Shown here: in pieces, positions 62,615 through 64,000 of the stretch
Position numbering within the stretch: the stretch's first letter is position 1
Layout: each line of letters opens with the position of its first letter
Source of the DNA: Candidatus Marinacidobacterales bacterium
GTDB lineage: Bacteria > Acidobacteriota > Vicinamibacteria > Marinacidobacterales > SMYC01
NCBI GenBank assembly: GCA_965224085.1
Contig: CBDCYI010000005.1
Location: forward strand, 1,632,001 to 1,696,000
Length of the DNA stretch: 64,000 bases
Direction: 5' to 3'
The notes under the pieces: model-generated
Database searches by the model: none
What the model was told of the DNA's origin: nothing
Seen by the model: the letters and a program-made list of their open reading frames with translations, nothing else
Made by a program: the position numbers and the translations under genes

Positions 62615-63865
62615 TCAGAGAGTTCTTGCTCGTACTCTAAGGATGCGATGAGCCACCACTTTGTCGACCGAGAAGATGGCGCCTCCCGCGTTGAGCTCTT
62701 CGCCGGCGACGGGGATGTGGCCCAAGCGGTCCAAGATCAAACCAGCGAGCGTGTTGTAGTCGGCGTGCTCGGGAAGCTCTAGAGACAATTGCTCGTTGGC
62801 GTCCTTGATGGAAAGCACGCCGTCTAATAGGTAGCTTCCATCCGGGAGTTCGAAGATTTGAGACTCCTCGACGTCTTTTTCGTCGAAGAGCTCGCCCACA
62901 ATCTCTTCGAGTAGGTCTTCGAGCGTCACGAGGCCTTCGATACCCCCGTGCTCGTCAACGACGAGCGCCATGTGCGTGCGTTGTTGCTGGAGCTGTTCTA
63001 GCGCTTGCTCGACTCTGGCAGAGTCGGGGATGAAGTACGGCCTTCGTAGCACTTGCTCGAGCTGGAAAGGGATCCGAGCGCCCCAATAAGTGAGAACATC
63101 TTTGGCAAAGAGCAGACCAACGATATTGTCGAGCGTATCGTCGAAGACGGGCATGCGGGAAAACCGTTGGTTCTGGATGATGCGGACGATCTCTTCGAGC
63201 GGCGTGTCTTTTTCGACGGCCACCATCTCCGTGCGCGGGATCATGACTTCCGCCACGCGTTTTTCTGCTAGCTCGATGACCTTACGGAGCATTTGCCGAC
63301 GGGCTCCGCGCTCGTCCTCGGGAACGCCGCCAGCGTAGAGGATCGCTTTGATTTCTTCGAGCGTGACCGCGGATCCGAGAGCCCCCGTGCCAACGCCGAA
63401 CAGCGAGAGAAAAGCGTTAGAGACCATCGTCAAGAGCTTGACCGCAGGAGAGAGCAAGCGGATGAGGCCGGAGAGGGGACGGATCACGCGCAACGACCAC
63501 GCCTCCGGATGGCGTGCCGCGAAGCTTTTCGGGACCATCTCGCCGAAGACGAGGATGAGTCCCGTCAGAACGATAGTGGCGATGATGGTCTGCCCCCACC
63601 GGTCTTCGGAAGCGACGAGGGCCGTGATGGCGTAGGTAATGAGCGCGCCGGCCGCCGTGTTGATGAACACGTTCCCGGTCAAGATCGTGCCGAGAACTCT
63701 TTCGGGATGCGCGATGAGATCCCTGACGCGCGCCGCGCGGGGCTCGGTCCGCTCCAAGTGCCGGAGCCGAAATCGGTCGAGGGACATGAGCGCCGTCTCG
63801 GAGCCCGAGAAAAAGGCAGACAAGGACAGAATAACGACGAGTCCGAGGACAATGGCGATGAGCAT
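62615..63865 (-). CDS. CNNM/CorC (HlyC/CorC) family transporter
   Basis: SAFFSGSETA, FGEMVPKS, CBS pair, DEHGG..GLVTLEDLLEEIVG, CorC domain. Confidence 0.92.
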   Translation of the reverse strand: MLIAIVLGLVVILSLSAFFSGSETALMSLDRFRLRHLERTEPRAARVRDLIAHPERVLGTILTGNVFINTAAGALITYAITALVASEDRWGQTIIATIVLTGLILVFGEMVPKSFAARHPEAWSLRVIRPLSGLIRLLSPAVKLLTMVSNAFLSLFGVGTGALGSAVTLEEIKAILYAGGVPEDERGARRQMLRKVIELAEKRVAEVMIPRTEMVAVEKDTPLEEIVRIIQNQRFSRMPVFDDTLDNIVGLLFAKDVLTYWGARIPFQLEQVLRRPYFIPDSARVEQALEQLQQQRTHMALVVDEHGGIEGLVTLEDLLEEIVGELFDEKDVEESQIFELPDGSYLLDGVLSIKDANEQLSLELPEHADYNTLAGLILDRLGHIPVAGEELNAGGAIFSVDKVVAHRILRVRARTL

Positions 63866-63928
63866 CGAAGGTCAGTGATTCAATTATAGTTTCCGCCGGC
63901 AGGTTTGGCATCGGGGTACAATTCGGGG

Positions 63929-64000
63929 ATGGAGCTCAGTGGTATCGTCCTGATGGTTCTGATCCTTGGCGGCATGTGGGGGGGGTTCGCTTACTTCCTC
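63929..64000 (+). CDS. Small membrane protein resembling MetS-like NSS transporter small subunits, 3'-partial
   Basis: MELSGIVLMVLILGGMWGGFAYFL runs off the window end. Confidence 0.5.
   Translation, partial: MELSGIVLMVLILGGMWGGFAYFL

Overview
GC-rich diderm bacterium. lptD, Hanks kinases, CRTAC1/ASPIC proteins and the tilS-hpt-ftsH-folP-cdaA-cdaR-glmM order suggest Acidobacteriota, possibly Vicinamibacteria; this is inference only. The first ~35 kb is an eroding accessory region: one IS1634, two IS5/IS903-group copies, one IS200, at least two MITE families, and many frameshifted, truncated or chimeric genes. These surround intact genes (nrtR-pncA-pncB, xerC, polA, ogt, cyclophilin, amidase). 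From ~35.5 to 64 kb is largely intact housekeeping and envelope DNA. The strongest hidden signal is a B12-binding radical SAM gene whose apparent stop is a Cys-UGA-Ala-Glu-Pro selenocysteine codon followed by a perfect SECIS-like hairpin, clustered with an Nfu Fe-S carrier and an ATP-grasp ligase. Also notable: catalytically degenerate Hpt and PdxJ, a PTPS-III-type QueD homologue, a Tat-signal small subunit coupled to an amidase, two small ORFs missed by the ORF track, and mobile elements inserted at YTAR stop codons. No rRNA, tRNA or CRISPR array was recognised. All calls come from reading motifs; no database searches were run.
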